Assembly (NCBI GenBank): GCA_965220875.1
Contig: OZ244849.1
Location: 585,791 to 649,790, forward strand
Length of the DNA: 64,000 nucleotides
Direction of reading: 5' to 3'
From: Gammaproteobacteria bacterium
Lineage (GTDB): Bacteria > Pseudomonadota > Gammaproteobacteria > UBA4575
The notes beneath the pieces were generated by a model. It searched no databases. It was not told the origin of the DNA and worked only from the letters and a program-made list of their open reading frames with translations. Position numbers and translations under genes: made by a program. Shown here piece after piece: positions 29,781-40,515 of the stretch. The first letter of the stretch is position 1, and each line of letters opens with the position of its first letter.

Positions 29781-32192
29781 ATGAGCAAGAACCTGGTCAT
29801 CGTGGAATCCCCGGCCAAGGCCCGCACCCTGGAGAAATACCTGGGCCGCGAGTACGCCGTGCTTGCATCCTACGGGCATGTGCGGGACCTGGTGCCCAAG
29901 GACGGCGCGGTCGATCCGGACCAGGATTTCGCCATGCGTTACGAGGTCATCAAGAAGAACGGGAAGCATGTCACCGCCATCGCGCGTGCCCTCAAGACTT
30001 CCACCGCCCTGTACCTCGCCACGGACCCGGACCGGGAAGGCGAGGCCATCTCCTGGCACCTGTTCGAACTGCTGAAAGACCGGGGCGTGCTGGACGGGAA
30101 ACCCGTGCACCGGGTGGTGTTCCATGAAATCACCCGGCGGGCCGTGCAGGATGCGATCGAGCACCCGCGCAGCCTTTCCAATGCGCTGGTCAATGCCCAG
30201 CAGGCACGCCGGGCCATGGATTACCTGGTCGGCTTCAACCTCTCCCCGCTGCTGTGGAGAAAGATCAAGCCCGGCCTGTCGGCCGGGCGGGTGCAGAGCC
30301 CGGCCCTGCGGCTGATCTGCGAGCGCGAGGACGAGATCGAGAAATTCGTGGCACGCGAATACTGGACCCTCGAGGCGGACTGCGAGAAGGACAGCCAGGC
30401 CTTCACCGCGAAACTGGAACGCTACCGGGACCGCAAGCTCAAGCAGTTCGATCTCGACAACGAGCAGGATGCCACCGAGGCCCGGTCGGAACTCGAGCGG
30501 CTGGCCGGTGAACAACAGGATGCCAACAACGCCGGGGGAAATCTCGAACCGCCCGACGGTCGACAGCTGCTCGTCGCTTCGGTCGAGAAAAAGCAGCGCA
30601 ACCGCAATCCCGCCCCGCCGTTCACCACCTCGACCCTGCAGCAGGAGGCCGTGCGCAAGCTCCGGTTCTCCGCCTCCAGGGCGATGCGGGTCGCACAGCA
30701 GCTGTACGAGGGCATCGACCTCGGGGAGGGGCCGGTCGGCCTGATCACCTACATGCGCACGGATTCCGTGGCCCTGGCGCGCGAAGCGGTCCAGGAGCTG
30801 CGCGAGTACATCGCAGACCAGTACGGCCCCGGTGACCTGCCGGAGCGGCCGCGGGCCTACCGGACCCGGTCCAAGAACGCGCAGGAGGCGCACGAAGCGA
30901 TCCGGCCCACGTCCTGCCGGCGAACGCCCGAACAGGTGCGCAAGTTCCTGTCCGAGGACCAGTACCGGCTGTACAGCCTGATCTGGAAGCGGGCCGTGGC
31001 CTGCCAGATGATCCATGCCACCCTGAGCCTCGTGGCCGCGGAACTGGCCTGCGGGGAAGGCAATGCCTTTCGCGCCACCGGGTCCTCCATCAAAAACCCC
31101 GGTTTCATCAAGGTCTACCAGGAGGGGCTCGACGACACCCGGCGCAGCACGGACGAGCGCATGCTGCCGCCACTGGAAAAGGGAGACTGGGTCCGGCTGC
31201 ACGCCATCCGGGCCGAACAGCATTTCACCGAGCCGCCGCCCCGCTTCACGGAGGCGTCCCTGGTCAAGACCCTGGAGGAATTCGGGATCGGGCGGCCCTC
31301 GACCTACGCGAGCATCATCTCGACGCTGCAGAGCCGCGAGTACGCCGAGCTCGAGAGCCGGCGTTTCACGCCGACCGACATGGGCCGGCTGGTCAACGGG
31401 TTCCTGACCCAGCATTTCACGCAGTACGTCGACTACGACTTCACCGCACACCTGGAAGACGACCTGGACGAGATCGCCCGGGGCGAGAAGGAATGGGTGC
31501 CCGTGGTGCGCGCCTTCTGGGAGCCCTTCAGCACGCGCGTCAGCGAAAAGTCCGAGAGCGTGAGCCGGCAGGAGGCCGTGCAGGCGCGCGAACTCGGGAC
31601 CGACCCCGCCTCAGGCAAGCCGGTCAGCGTGCGCATGGGCCGCTACGGCCCGTTCGTGCAGATCGGCACCCGGGACGATGACGAAAAACCCCGCTTCGCC
31701 GGCCTGCGTGACGGGCAGAAGATGACCGGGATCACCCTCGAGGAGGCACTGGAACTGTTCCGGCTGCCGCGCGAACTCGGGGAGAACGCACAGGACGAAC
31801 CGGTACAGGCCGGCACCGGCCGCTACGGCCCGTTCGTGAAGTGCGCGGGGAAGTACGTCTCCATCCCGGATGACGACCCGCACACCATCAGCCTGGAGCG
31901 CGCCCTCGAGGTCATCGCGGAACACCAGGCCAGGGAGGCCAACCGGGTCATCCAGGCATTCGAGAAGCAGGGAATCCAGGTCCTGAACGGCCGCTTCGGG
32001 CCCTACATCACCAACGGCAAGAAGAACGCGAGGATCCCGAAAGACCGGGACCCCTCGACACTCACCCTGGAGGAGTGTGAAGCGCTGATCGCCGCCGCCC
32101 CGCAGAAAAGAAAGGCGGCCAGGAAAACCACCCGCAACAAGGCAGGCCGGCGCAAGACGGCCGGGAAACGGGCGAAGACCAGACCGTCCTGA
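29781..32192 (+). CDS. topA: DNA topoisomerase I
   Basis: MSKNLVIVESPAKARTLEKYLG Toprim domain, 803 aa with a C-terminal Zn-ribbon/basic tail. Confidence 0.95.
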   Translation: MSKNLVIVESPAKARTLEKYLGREYAVLASYGHVRDLVPKDGAVDPDQDFAMRYEVIKKNGKHVTAIARALKTSTALYLATDPDREGEAISWHLFELLKDRGVLDGKPVHRVVFHEITRRAVQDAIEHPRSLSNALVNAQQARRAMDYLVGFNLSPLLWRKIKPGLSAGRVQSPALRLICEREDEIEKFVAREYWTLEADCEKDSQAFTAKLERYRDRKLKQFDLDNEQDATEARSELERLAGEQQDANNAGGNLEPPDGRQLLVASVEKKQRNRNPAPPFTTSTLQQEAVRKLRFSASRAMRVAQQLYEGIDLGEGPVGLITYMRTDSVALAREAVQELREYIADQYGPGDLPERPRAYRTRSKNAQEAHEAIRPTSCRRTPEQVRKFLSEDQYRLYSLIWKRAVACQMIHATLSLVAAELACGEGNAFRATGSSIKNPGFIKVYQEGLDDTRRSTDERMLPPLEKGDWVRLHAIRAEQHFTEPPPRFTEASLVKTLEEFGIGRPSTYASIISTLQSREYAELESRRFTPTDMGRLVNGFLTQHFTQYVDYDFTAHLEDDLDEIARGEKEWVPVVRAFWEPFSTRVSEKSESVSRQEAVQARELGTDPASGKPVSVRMGRYGPFVQIGTRDDDEKPRFAGLRDGQKMTGITLEEALELFRLPRELGENAQDEPVQAGTGRYGPFVKCAGKYVSIPDDDPHTISLERALEVIAEHQAREANRVIQAFEKQGIQVLNGRFGPYITNGKKNARIPKDRDPSTLTLEECEALIAAAPQKRKAARKTTRNKAGRRKTAGKRAKTRPS

Positions 32193-32201
32193 CCACTCGC
32201 C

Positions 32202-32759
32202 GTGCTGACCCGCCGCATCCAGCAAGCCCGGACAGTGATTGAACAGGGCGGTGTCATTGCCTATTCTACGGATACCGTGCTGGGACTGGGCTGTGACCCG
32301 CACAACCGCAAGGCGGTTGAAAAAATCCTGTGGCTGAAATCCCGCGGCGCGGAAAAGGGGCTGATCCTGCTGACCGAAAACCTCGAGACCATGCAGCACT
32401 ACACGCAACCGCTGACCGCCGGGCAAAGCGACCAGATCACTGCGGCCCTGAAGGGACCCCCCACGACCTGGGTACTGCCCGCCAGCGGGAACGTCCCGGC
32501 CTGGATCACGGGCCGTCATGAAGGCGTGGCCCTGCGCATCCCGCAGCATCCGCTTGCAAGTGCGCTGTGTGCGGCCGTGCAGACCCTCGTCTCCACCAGC
32601 GCAAACCTCTCCGGCTATCCCACGGCAACCGGCCCCGATCAGCTTCGTGACTGGTTCGGGCCGCACCTGGACTACGTGCTCCTGGGCCCGGAAGGAACCG
32701 GGGTGGCGAGCGAAGTGCGCGAACTGATGAGCACGAAGGTACACCGCAGGGGGGTTTAG
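32202..32759 (+). CDS. tsaC: threonylcarbamoyl-AMP synthase (YrdC/Sua5 family)
   Basis: [16 protein letters not shown]...STSANLSG. Confidence 0.85.
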   Translation: MLTRRIQQARTVIEQGGVIAYSTDTVLGLGCDPHNRKAVEKILWLKSRGAEKGLILLTENLETMQHYTQPLTAGQSDQITAALKGPPTTWVLPASGNVPAWITGRHEGVALRIPQHPLASALCAAVQTLVSTSANLSGYPTATGPDQLRDWFGPHLDYVLLGPEGTGVASEVRELMSTKVHRRGV

Positions 32760-32763
32760 TAAA

Positions 32764-33675
32764 ATGCCGCCGATCCTCAAAGACGTGCTGCAGTACCTGA
32801 AGGACCTGCAGGCAGAAATCTGCAGGCAGCTGGAAGAGGCGGACGGGAGTGCGGCATTCGCAGCAGACTCCTGGGTGCGCGACGGTGGCGGCGGCGGTCT
32901 CACGCAGATCCTGCGGGACGGGCAGGTGTTCGAGCAGGCGGGCGTCGGCTTCTCGCACGTGCACGGCGATCAGCTGCCTCCCTCGGCCAGCAGGCTGCGC
33001 CCCGAGCTGGCCGGTTGCAGCTTCCAGGCTACCGGGGTATCCACCGTGATACACCCGCTGAACCCGTACGTGCCCACGGCCCATTGCAACGTGCGCTTTT
33101 TCATTGCCGCAGGTCCGAACGGATTGCCCGTATGGTGGTTCGGCGGGGGCTTTGACCTGACCCCGTACTACGGGTTCAGGGAAGACGCCGTAGCGTGGCA
33201 CCGCACGGCAAGGAAGGCCTGCGATGCCATCGGCAAGGACCTGTATCCGCAGTTCAAGAAAAACTGCGACAAGTATTTTTTCATCCGGCACCGCAACGAG
33301 GCCCGCGGCATCGGGGGCCTGTTCTTCGACGACTACAACAGCGGTGACTACGAGCAGGACCTGCGGCTGCTGAAGAGCGTGGGGAATCACTTCATGCAGG
33401 CCTACCTGCCGATCGTCGAACGGCGCAAGCATCACGGCTTCGGCGAACGGGAGCGCAACTTCCAGCACTACCGGCGCGGCCGGTACGTCGAGTTCAACCT
33501 GGTGCACGACCGCGGCACCCTGTTCGGCCTGCAGTCCGGCGGGCGCGCGGAGTCCATCCTGATGTCCCTGCCGCCACGGGTGCGCTGGGAATACGACTGG
33601 CAACCCGAGCCCGGCAGCGCCGAAGAGAAGCTGTACACGGAGTTCCTTCCGGCACGGGACTGGCTCGCATCTTGA
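32764..33675 (+). CDS. hemF: oxygen-dependent coproporphyrinogen III oxidase
   Basis: Near-collinear with E. coli HemF (NVRFFIA...[14 protein letters not shown]...[10 protein letters not shown]). Confidence 0.95.
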   Translation: MPPILKDVLQYLKDLQAEICRQLEEADGSAAFAADSWVRDGGGGGLTQILRDGQVFEQAGVGFSHVHGDQLPPSASRLRPELAGCSFQATGVSTVIHPLNPYVPTAHCNVRFFIAAGPNGLPVWWFGGGFDLTPYYGFREDAVAWHRTARKACDAIGKDLYPQFKKNCDKYFFIRHRNEARGIGGLFFDDYNSGDYEQDLRLLKSVGNHFMQAYLPIVERRKHHGFGERERNFQHYRRGRYVEFNLVHDRGTLFGLQSGGRAESILMSLPPRVRWEYDWQPEPGSAEEKLYTEFLPARDWLAS

Positions 33676-33792
33676 CCTGTCCGACACGCTGCGGGGCAAG
33701 CACACTGTTTTTGACCCGGCATAAAGGATTCGGCCTTATCCGGCGGCCGGATTCACAGCAGGATTCGAACGGGCCGGCTGCCGTACCCTGAC

Positions 33793-34665
33793 CTAGGACT
33801 CGAGCAGTTGGCTCAGCGGTTGCTGCCTGACCTCCTCAGTGGGGCGCGACAGGAAAAATTCTGCCACGAGGTTCCCGTCCGCCTCCTGCCCTGAAGGATC
33901 GATGTTGCGATCCCTGAGCTGCCTGATGACCTTTTCCTGTTCATCGGAGGAAGCCATCCTGCGCTGCAGGAAGGTTCTGTCCTCAAGCTTTTCCGTCTCG
34001 TATCCCCATGATGCCAGGCAATCCTGGATCGGCTGGTAGGGAAATATGCGAAGCACGAAATTGGCGATCCATGCGGGCGGTTCCCGGGAGATCGCCGGCA
34101 TCAGGCGGTCAAAGCTTTTCTCCGTCACGTACCCCACGCAACCGGTGGACATCAGCAGGTCGGTGGAAGCCAGGCCGTCCTCGACAGGCTCCGAGATGGG
34201 CTCTGATTCCAGGTCCACGGCAAGTCCCGTATCCACCAGCCCCGTTTCCTCGGCAAAGTTGACCGCATTCCTGGCCGGATCAATCCCGATGATCTCCAGC
34301 TTGCCGGCCTGATACAGGTTCTCGAAAAATTCCTGGTCCGAGTGGATGATCTCCCTGCACGAATCCTCTGCACGGTGATCCATGTCCCAGCGCGCATACA
34401 GGTCCTCCATCGACAGGTCGTACCGCAGCAAGGCGGCATTGATCCCGTAGGAGCAACCCAGGTCGACGACGTGCACGGTGTCACGATTCCGGACCCCGCG
34501 CAGCTGTTCTATCAGCGCCTGGCAGATCAGCTTGGCGCTGTCGGGGATGGAGTAGTTCAGATTTTCAAGCGTGGAGCAGTAAAGCCGCGGGTCACAGTGA
34601 TCATAGATATGATCCATCCTGTGCTTGGCCTCATTGATGCCCGAAAAGTCGGAGCCGCTTTGCAT
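33793..34665 (-). CDS. putative class I methyltransferase-fold protein
   Basis: Start MQSGSDFSG with SD GGGGAGG. VVDLGCSYGINAALL motif I-like. The track ORF is spuriously extended to 34935. Confidence 0.55.
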   Translation of the reverse strand: MQSGSDFSGINEAKHRMDHIYDHCDPRLYCSTLENLNYSIPDSAKLICQALIEQLRGVRNRDTVHVVDLGCSYGINAALLRYDLSMEDLYARWDMDHRAEDSCREIIHSDQEFFENLYQAGKLEIIGIDPARNAVNFAEETGLVDTGLAVDLESEPISEPVEDGLASTDLLMSTGCVGYVTEKSFDRLMPAISREPPAWIANFVLRIFPYQPIQDCLASWGYETEKLEDRTFLQRRMASSDEQEKVIRQLRDRNIDPSGQEADGNLVAEFFLSRPTEEVRQQPLSQLLES

Positions 34666-35000
34666 CGGGGCCTCCCCTGATTCGAGGGCTGGTTCAGGTC
34701 CCTCGGTTATGCTCAGTTTCCGTGCGCTGCCTGTGCCCGGTGACGCAGGACTTTCCGAGTGCGGCGCACGACAGCGGCAGACCCTAACATGCCAGCACAA
34801 GCGCTTCAAGTTCAGACCTGGGAGTAGACTGCCACCGGGTATCCCGATACAGCACAAGCAGCGGGGTAAAGTGCTACACTCGCACCCGGCGGATGGGAAG
34901 CGTCCGTCCTCCAGGCAATGGGCTCCTGCAGGCATTCAGCGGACCCTGCATCCTGGTACTCCCAACACCAGACTGACAACCGGAACCGACCGCAACGACA

Positions 35001-35324
35001 ATGGCTACCCGACATGCAGACCCCGGTGAGAGGGTGAATCTCGAGACCTGGGCCGATGACCTGCCTGAAGCCCGCACGAAGGTCATTGCAAAGACCGACC
35101 GGATGGAGCTGATCCGGCTGTTCCTGCCAGCCGGGAAGGAGCTTTCCAGCCACAAGGTCACCGGACCCCTGACCGTGCACTGCATCCGGGGCAAGGCCGA
35201 GTTCACGGCCATGGGTGCTACACAGACTCTCGCATCCGGCCAGTTGCTGTACCTCATGCCACAAGAACTCCATGCAGTGAAAGCGCTAGAGGACACGGTC
35301 ATCCTGCTCACCCTGATTTTCTGA
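35001..35324 (+). CDS. cupin-domain protein
   Basis: 107 aa, small beta-barrel pattern (LTVHCIRGKAEF...). Confidence 0.55.
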   Translation: MATRHADPGERVNLETWADDLPEARTKVIAKTDRMELIRLFLPAGKELSSHKVTGPLTVHCIRGKAEFTAMGATQTLASGQLLYLMPQELHAVKALEDTVILLTLIF

Positions 35325-35338
35325 AAGAGGAGACGGAA

Positions 35339-35788
35339 ATGGAAAACGTAAGCGAAGAGACAAGAAAGATCCTGAGGGAAACCGAGCACGTGTTCTGGAG
35401 CCGGCAGTCGGAAGTCACCGGGCGCATGTACGAGATCCTGTTCGAGAAATACCCGCAAACCCGGGATCTGTTCGAGGATTTCAAGCCGCACCAGCCCAAC
35501 GTGTTCGCCACGGCCCTGATGGCGCACATGCTGAGCCTGGATGATCCCGACACGTTGCTGAGCTTCCGGGTAGGCATCGCACGCAAGCATGTCAGGGCGG
35601 GGGTCAGGGAAGAGCACTATCCCATGATGGCGGATGCCCTGATCACGGCCATGCGGGAAATGCTCGGCGAGCAGATGGACGAGAAAACGATTGCGGCATG
35701 GGAGGCATGGTATCAATTCCTGGCCGGCCTGCTGATCGAAAGGGAGCGTGACCACTACCAGGGCACAAGGCGGCTGTTTCCCGAATAG
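35339..35788 (+). CDS. single-domain globin (Hmp-like)
   Basis: MYEILFEKYPQTRDLF (B/C helices) and KHVRAGVREEHYPMMADALITAMREMLG (proximal His region). Collinear with the flavohemoglobin globin domain. Confidence 0.65.
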   Translation: MENVSEETRKILRETEHVFWSRQSEVTGRMYEILFEKYPQTRDLFEDFKPHQPNVFATALMAHMLSLDDPDTLLSFRVGIARKHVRAGVREEHYPMMADALITAMREMLGEQMDEKTIAAWEAWYQFLAGLLIERERDHYQGTRRLFPE

Positions 35789-35839
35789 GGCTTTCTTGCT
35801 GCAGCCCCAGACCGGCCTGTGGCCCGAGGCAGGCGAGGC

Positions 35840-36667
35840 TCAGCCTGCGGCCGGGGGTCCCTCTTTTTCGTGCAGGGCTCTCTCGATCTCTGAAATGACA
35901 GACCGCGCCACGTCGTTAGGGCGAGCGGCACCGGTGACCGGACGGCCCACCACCAGGTAGTCGGCCCCGTAGCGGATCGCCTGGTACGGGCTCAGTGAAC
36001 GTTTGTGGTCGTCGCGGGCGGCCGCCTCGGGGCGGATGCCCGGGGCCACGATCAGGAACTGCCGGTCCCTGAAATGTTCGCGCAGGTCCCGCACCGACTC
36101 ACCGGAAGCGATCAGCCCCTCGCAGCCCGCATCCAGCGCCATCCGTGCCCGAAGCCGGATCACGTCGGCCAGGGTGTTACCCTCGTGACCGCCGGGATAC
36201 AGGTCCTCGAGATCGGCACCGTCCATGCTCGACAGCACGGTCAGCATGAGCAGCCAGGGCCGGGTCCTTTCTCCGCGACCGGCCACCGCGGACTGCACCG
36301 TGGCCCGCCCGCCCTGCAGGGTCAGCATTTCAAGCCGGCCGGCAAAACGGTCGGGCATGTTGCCGACCGCAGCGCGCACCGTATTCCCGATGTCCCCAAT
36401 TTTCAGGTCCAGGAACACCTTTTTGCCGGCCTCCAGCAAGTCTTCCACGAACGGCCACCCCGCACCGAGGAAAAGCTGCCAGCCGACCTTGTAAAACCCG
36501 ACCGTATCGCCCAGCCCGTCGACGAGCGAACGGGCCTCCCCGTCCGTATCAAAATCCAGTGCCACAATCAGGCGCTCCGATGCAGCGATCTCTACCGGAA
36601 GGTTCACGGACCTGCGCTCCCTTACCCCTGTTGGTTTACATGAAATCACGGTCAGGACAGCCACCAT
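35840..36667 (-). CDS. pyrF: orotidine 5'-phosphate decarboxylase
   Basis: LIVALDF...VFLDLKIGDIGNTV...VAPGIRP...LVVGRPV. Confidence 0.8.
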   Translation of the reverse strand: MVAVLTVISCKPTGVRERRSVNLPVEIAASERLIVALDFDTDGEARSLVDGLGDTVGFYKVGWQLFLGAGWPFVEDLLEAGKKVFLDLKIGDIGNTVRAAVGNMPDRFAGRLEMLTLQGGRATVQSAVAGRGERTRPWLLMLTVLSSMDGADLEDLYPGGHEGNTLADVIRLRARMALDAGCEGLIASGESVRDLREHFRDRQFLIVAPGIRPEAAARDDHKRSLSPYQAIRYGADYLVVGRPVTGAARPNDVARSVISEIERALHEKEGPPAAG

Positions 36668-36923
36668 CCACTATATACTGTACCTGCCACGGGCCATGAT
36701 ACAACATGCCGTGGTAGGCGGTGCACAGTCCATGCACGGTCGGCCGCTAGTCCGCAGCGTTGTGCCGGATACTAACACGTCACTTCCGGCAGACACGAGG
36801 GTTCTAGCAATAAGGGCCTCCTACAAGGGGATAATTACCTGCCCGGCGGAATGCGGGACAATCCGCACCTCGTACGGGCCGCCTTGGCCCGACCTCCTGA
36901 ACCTGAAGCCATGGTGAACTGAC

Positions 36924-37364
36924 ATGCAAAACTTTCCTCATCATTACACGGCCCGTGCCGAAGGCCAATCCACCGGTTCGGTCGCCACCCGCGCAGAGGG
37001 TCTCGAAACCCTCGAGATCGCCGCGCCCAGGCAGTTTGACGGTCCCGGAGACAAGTGGTCCCCCGAGGACCTGCTGGTCGCCTGTGCAGCCGACTGCCTG
37101 ATCCTGACGTTTCGTGCCGTGGCGAATGCCTCGAAGCTGAATTGGGAGACCCTGGCCTGCGAGGTCACGGGAACCCTGGACCTGGTTGACCGGGTCGTTC
37201 AGTTCACGGAGTTGCAGGTCCATGCCACGCTCACGATCGACCCGCAGGAAAATGCAGACAAGGCGAGACGTGTACTGGAAAAGGCAGAGAAAAACTGCCT
37301 GATCACCAACTCCCTGACCGCCAGGACACGACTGGAAACGACCGTCTCCCCTTCCGGCAGCTGA
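36924..37364 (+). CDS. OsmC/Ohr-family peroxiredoxin-like protein
   Basis: 146 aa with the two conserved Cys (VACAADCL...EKNCLITNS). Confidence 0.8.
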   Translation: MQNFPHHYTARAEGQSTGSVATRAEGLETLEIAAPRQFDGPGDKWSPEDLLVACAADCLILTFRAVANASKLNWETLACEVTGTLDLVDRVVQFTELQVHATLTIDPQENADKARRVLEKAEKNCLITNSLTARTRLETTVSPSGS

Positions 37365-37545
37365 CTCCCGGGCGGACAGGTTTTCAGCGTCCTGACTACC
37401 CTTGACGGGCTAAAGTGAGTCACGGCATGACCCCCCATTCGGGTCACTTGCCCGGATCCTGGAATTTGAATACCCTATGCGGCCCATTCCAATACGCGCC
37501 ATATTTCGCGCGACCTGAAACTGCGTGTCCATGCAAGGGGGATAG

Positions 37546-38229
37546 ATGATGAACATTTCACGCTGGCTTGGAACCGGGCTGCTCTCACTGGGGCTGTGCA
37601 TGGCCTCGGCGGTGCTGGCCGAGAACGAGGCGCCCGCATCACCGGACGTCGAGCACAAGTTCGAACTGGCCAAGAAGTACTACGGCGAGTGCGCCGCGAC
37701 CGAGGCGGCCGAATTCGAAAACATCCGGCCGTACCTGAAGGCGTTCACCGACATCGACGTGATGACCGACACCCTGGCCGACCCGGCCCGCATGGCACAG
37801 CTGATGGCCATCGTCTCGGACCCCCGCACCATCCACGTCATGAGCAAGTGCGCGACCGAACCGGTGATGTGGGACACCTGGATGCGCGGCGTGACCGACT
37901 GGCAGGGCACAATGCGGGCCATGATGAAATTCACCAACCCGGCCATCTACATGAACTGGATGATGGCGCCGATGAACCCGGCCACCTACCAGCCCATGAT
38001 GCAGATGATGCAACCGAACTGGTACGGGCGCTGGATGACCGCCATGATGAACCCGACGTTCTACCAGCCCATGTTCTCAATGGCCGATCCGAACTGGTAC
38101 ATGCCGAGAATGGCCTGGATGATGAACCCGTCTTCCTTCCAGCCCATGTTCAACGCCATGGCCTTCCCGGGATACCCCGTGCAGCCCGCCCCGATGGCAC
38201 AGCCCAAGCCGGCACAACCGGAAGAATAG
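37546..38229 (+). CDS. secreted Met/Trp-rich repeat protein (possible Cu(I)/Ag(I)-binding or oxidant-sink protein)
   Basis: Signal MMNISRWLGTGLLSLGLCMASAVLA, then about 3.5 repeats of NPxx(Y/F)QPM(F/M)xxMxxPNWYxxxMxxMM. Confidence 0.6.
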   Translation: MMNISRWLGTGLLSLGLCMASAVLAENEAPASPDVEHKFELAKKYYGECAATEAAEFENIRPYLKAFTDIDVMTDTLADPARMAQLMAIVSDPRTIHVMSKCATEPVMWDTWMRGVTDWQGTMRAMMKFTNPAIYMNWMMAPMNPATYQPMMQMMQPNWYGRWMTAMMNPTFYQPMFSMADPNWYMPRMAWMMNPSSFQPMFNAMAFPGYPVQPAPMAQPKPAQPEE

Positions 38230-39354
<1,125 letters not shown>

Positions 39355-39394
39355 AGGAGGCCCTGCTGCCTGAACGGCTACGCCTCCCGGGAAA

Positions 39395-40501
39395 TCAGGC
39401 CGGGACGGCCCTCATGTTCCTGAGCATGGCAGGATTCACCGAGTTGGAAGGGGAAATTGCATTGGTCGGGCACTGATGCACGCAGGCCAGGCAGCGTATG
39501 CATTCATCCTCATCGATGTACAGCGAGTTGTAGTACAGGCCGGAAGTTCGTGCCGGGTTCACGCGCAGGTAATCCTCCACCCCGTCGTTCTTGTCGAGCA
39601 CGAAGCCCGATGCCTCGACAATGCAGTTTTGAATCGGCTTGACCAGCAGGCATTCATCACACAGCACGCATTTTGAATTGTCGATGACGGGCGCAGGCGA
39701 ACTCGCGTCCTCGAACTTGTCGTAATAGATCCGCCCGGGTGCCATGCCGCTGTCCACCAGCACGGACACCGCGGCATCCACCATCGGCGGGGGGCCGCAC
39801 AGGTAAGCCCGCGAGTTGCCGGTACCGGATTTTCCGCCCTGGACGTAGGCGCTTTCAAAATACTCGGTCACCAGCCCCCTCGCGCCGGGCCAGTCGCTGT
39901 CTTTCGGCTCCATCGAAAGAACGTTCGCGTATTCAAACCGGTAGTCTGCGTTCCATTTCCGCCTGATCGATTCGATCTCGTCCTGGCAGTAGAGGTCTGC
40001 CTGGGTCCTGGCCCCGTACAGGAAAAGGGCGTCCCGCTTCACGGACCGGTTCGCGGCATGTTCAAGGATGGCCTTGATCGCGCTCATGCCGCTGCCGCCG
40101 GCAATGCACACCATCGGGTCAGCGGAAGAATCGAGAACAAACTGCCCGAGCGGGCCGGTCAGGGTGATGGGCTCTCCGGTCCGGTCCGCCCTGAACAGCC
40201 ACCCTGAAAACTCGCCGCCGTGAATCAGTTTGACGAAGAACGTATGCTGGCCGGCCTCTTCGTTCTCGGGCGCCGTGGCAAACGAGTAGGCGCGCGGCTT
40301 GCTCAGGCTCGGTGTCGCCAGGATCGCATATTGCCCGGCCGTGCCGCTCAACGGGGTGGAGGCCGGATCGCACTGCACCACCAGTTCCATCGTGTCGTAC
40401 GTGAGTTTCCGGGTGCCGGTGATGACTCCCTGGCTGACCCGAACCCGGCTGTTTTGAATTCGAGGATCCGCCGCAGGCAGACTTCGAAATTGCACAGACA
40501 A
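39395..40501 (-). CDS. FNR-like FAD/NAD(P) oxidoreductase fused to a C-terminal 2x[4Fe-4S] ferredoxin
   Basis: RAYS FAD motif, GGSGMSAI NAD motif, CGPPPM. Two Cys clusters follow: CVLCDEC and CIRCLACVHQCP. Confidence 0.75.
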   Translation of the reverse strand: MSVQFRSLPAADPRIQNSRVRVSQGVITGTRKLTYDTMELVVQCDPASTPLSGTAGQYAILATPSLSKPRAYSFATAPENEEAGQHTFFVKLIHGGEFSGWLFRADRTGEPITLTGPLGQFVLDSSADPMVCIAGGSGMSAIKAILEHAANRSVKRDALFLYGARTQADLYCQDEIESIRRKWNADYRFEYANVLSMEPKDSDWPGARGLVTEYFESAYVQGGKSGTGNSRAYLCGPPPMVDAAVSVLVDSGMAPGRIYYDKFEDASSPAPVIDNSKCVLCDECLLVKPIQNCIVEASGFVLDKNDGVEDYLRVNPARTSGLYYNSLYIDEDECIRCLACVHQCPTNAISPSNSVNPAMLRNMRAVPA

Positions 40502-40515
40502 TCTAACCTCCTAGT

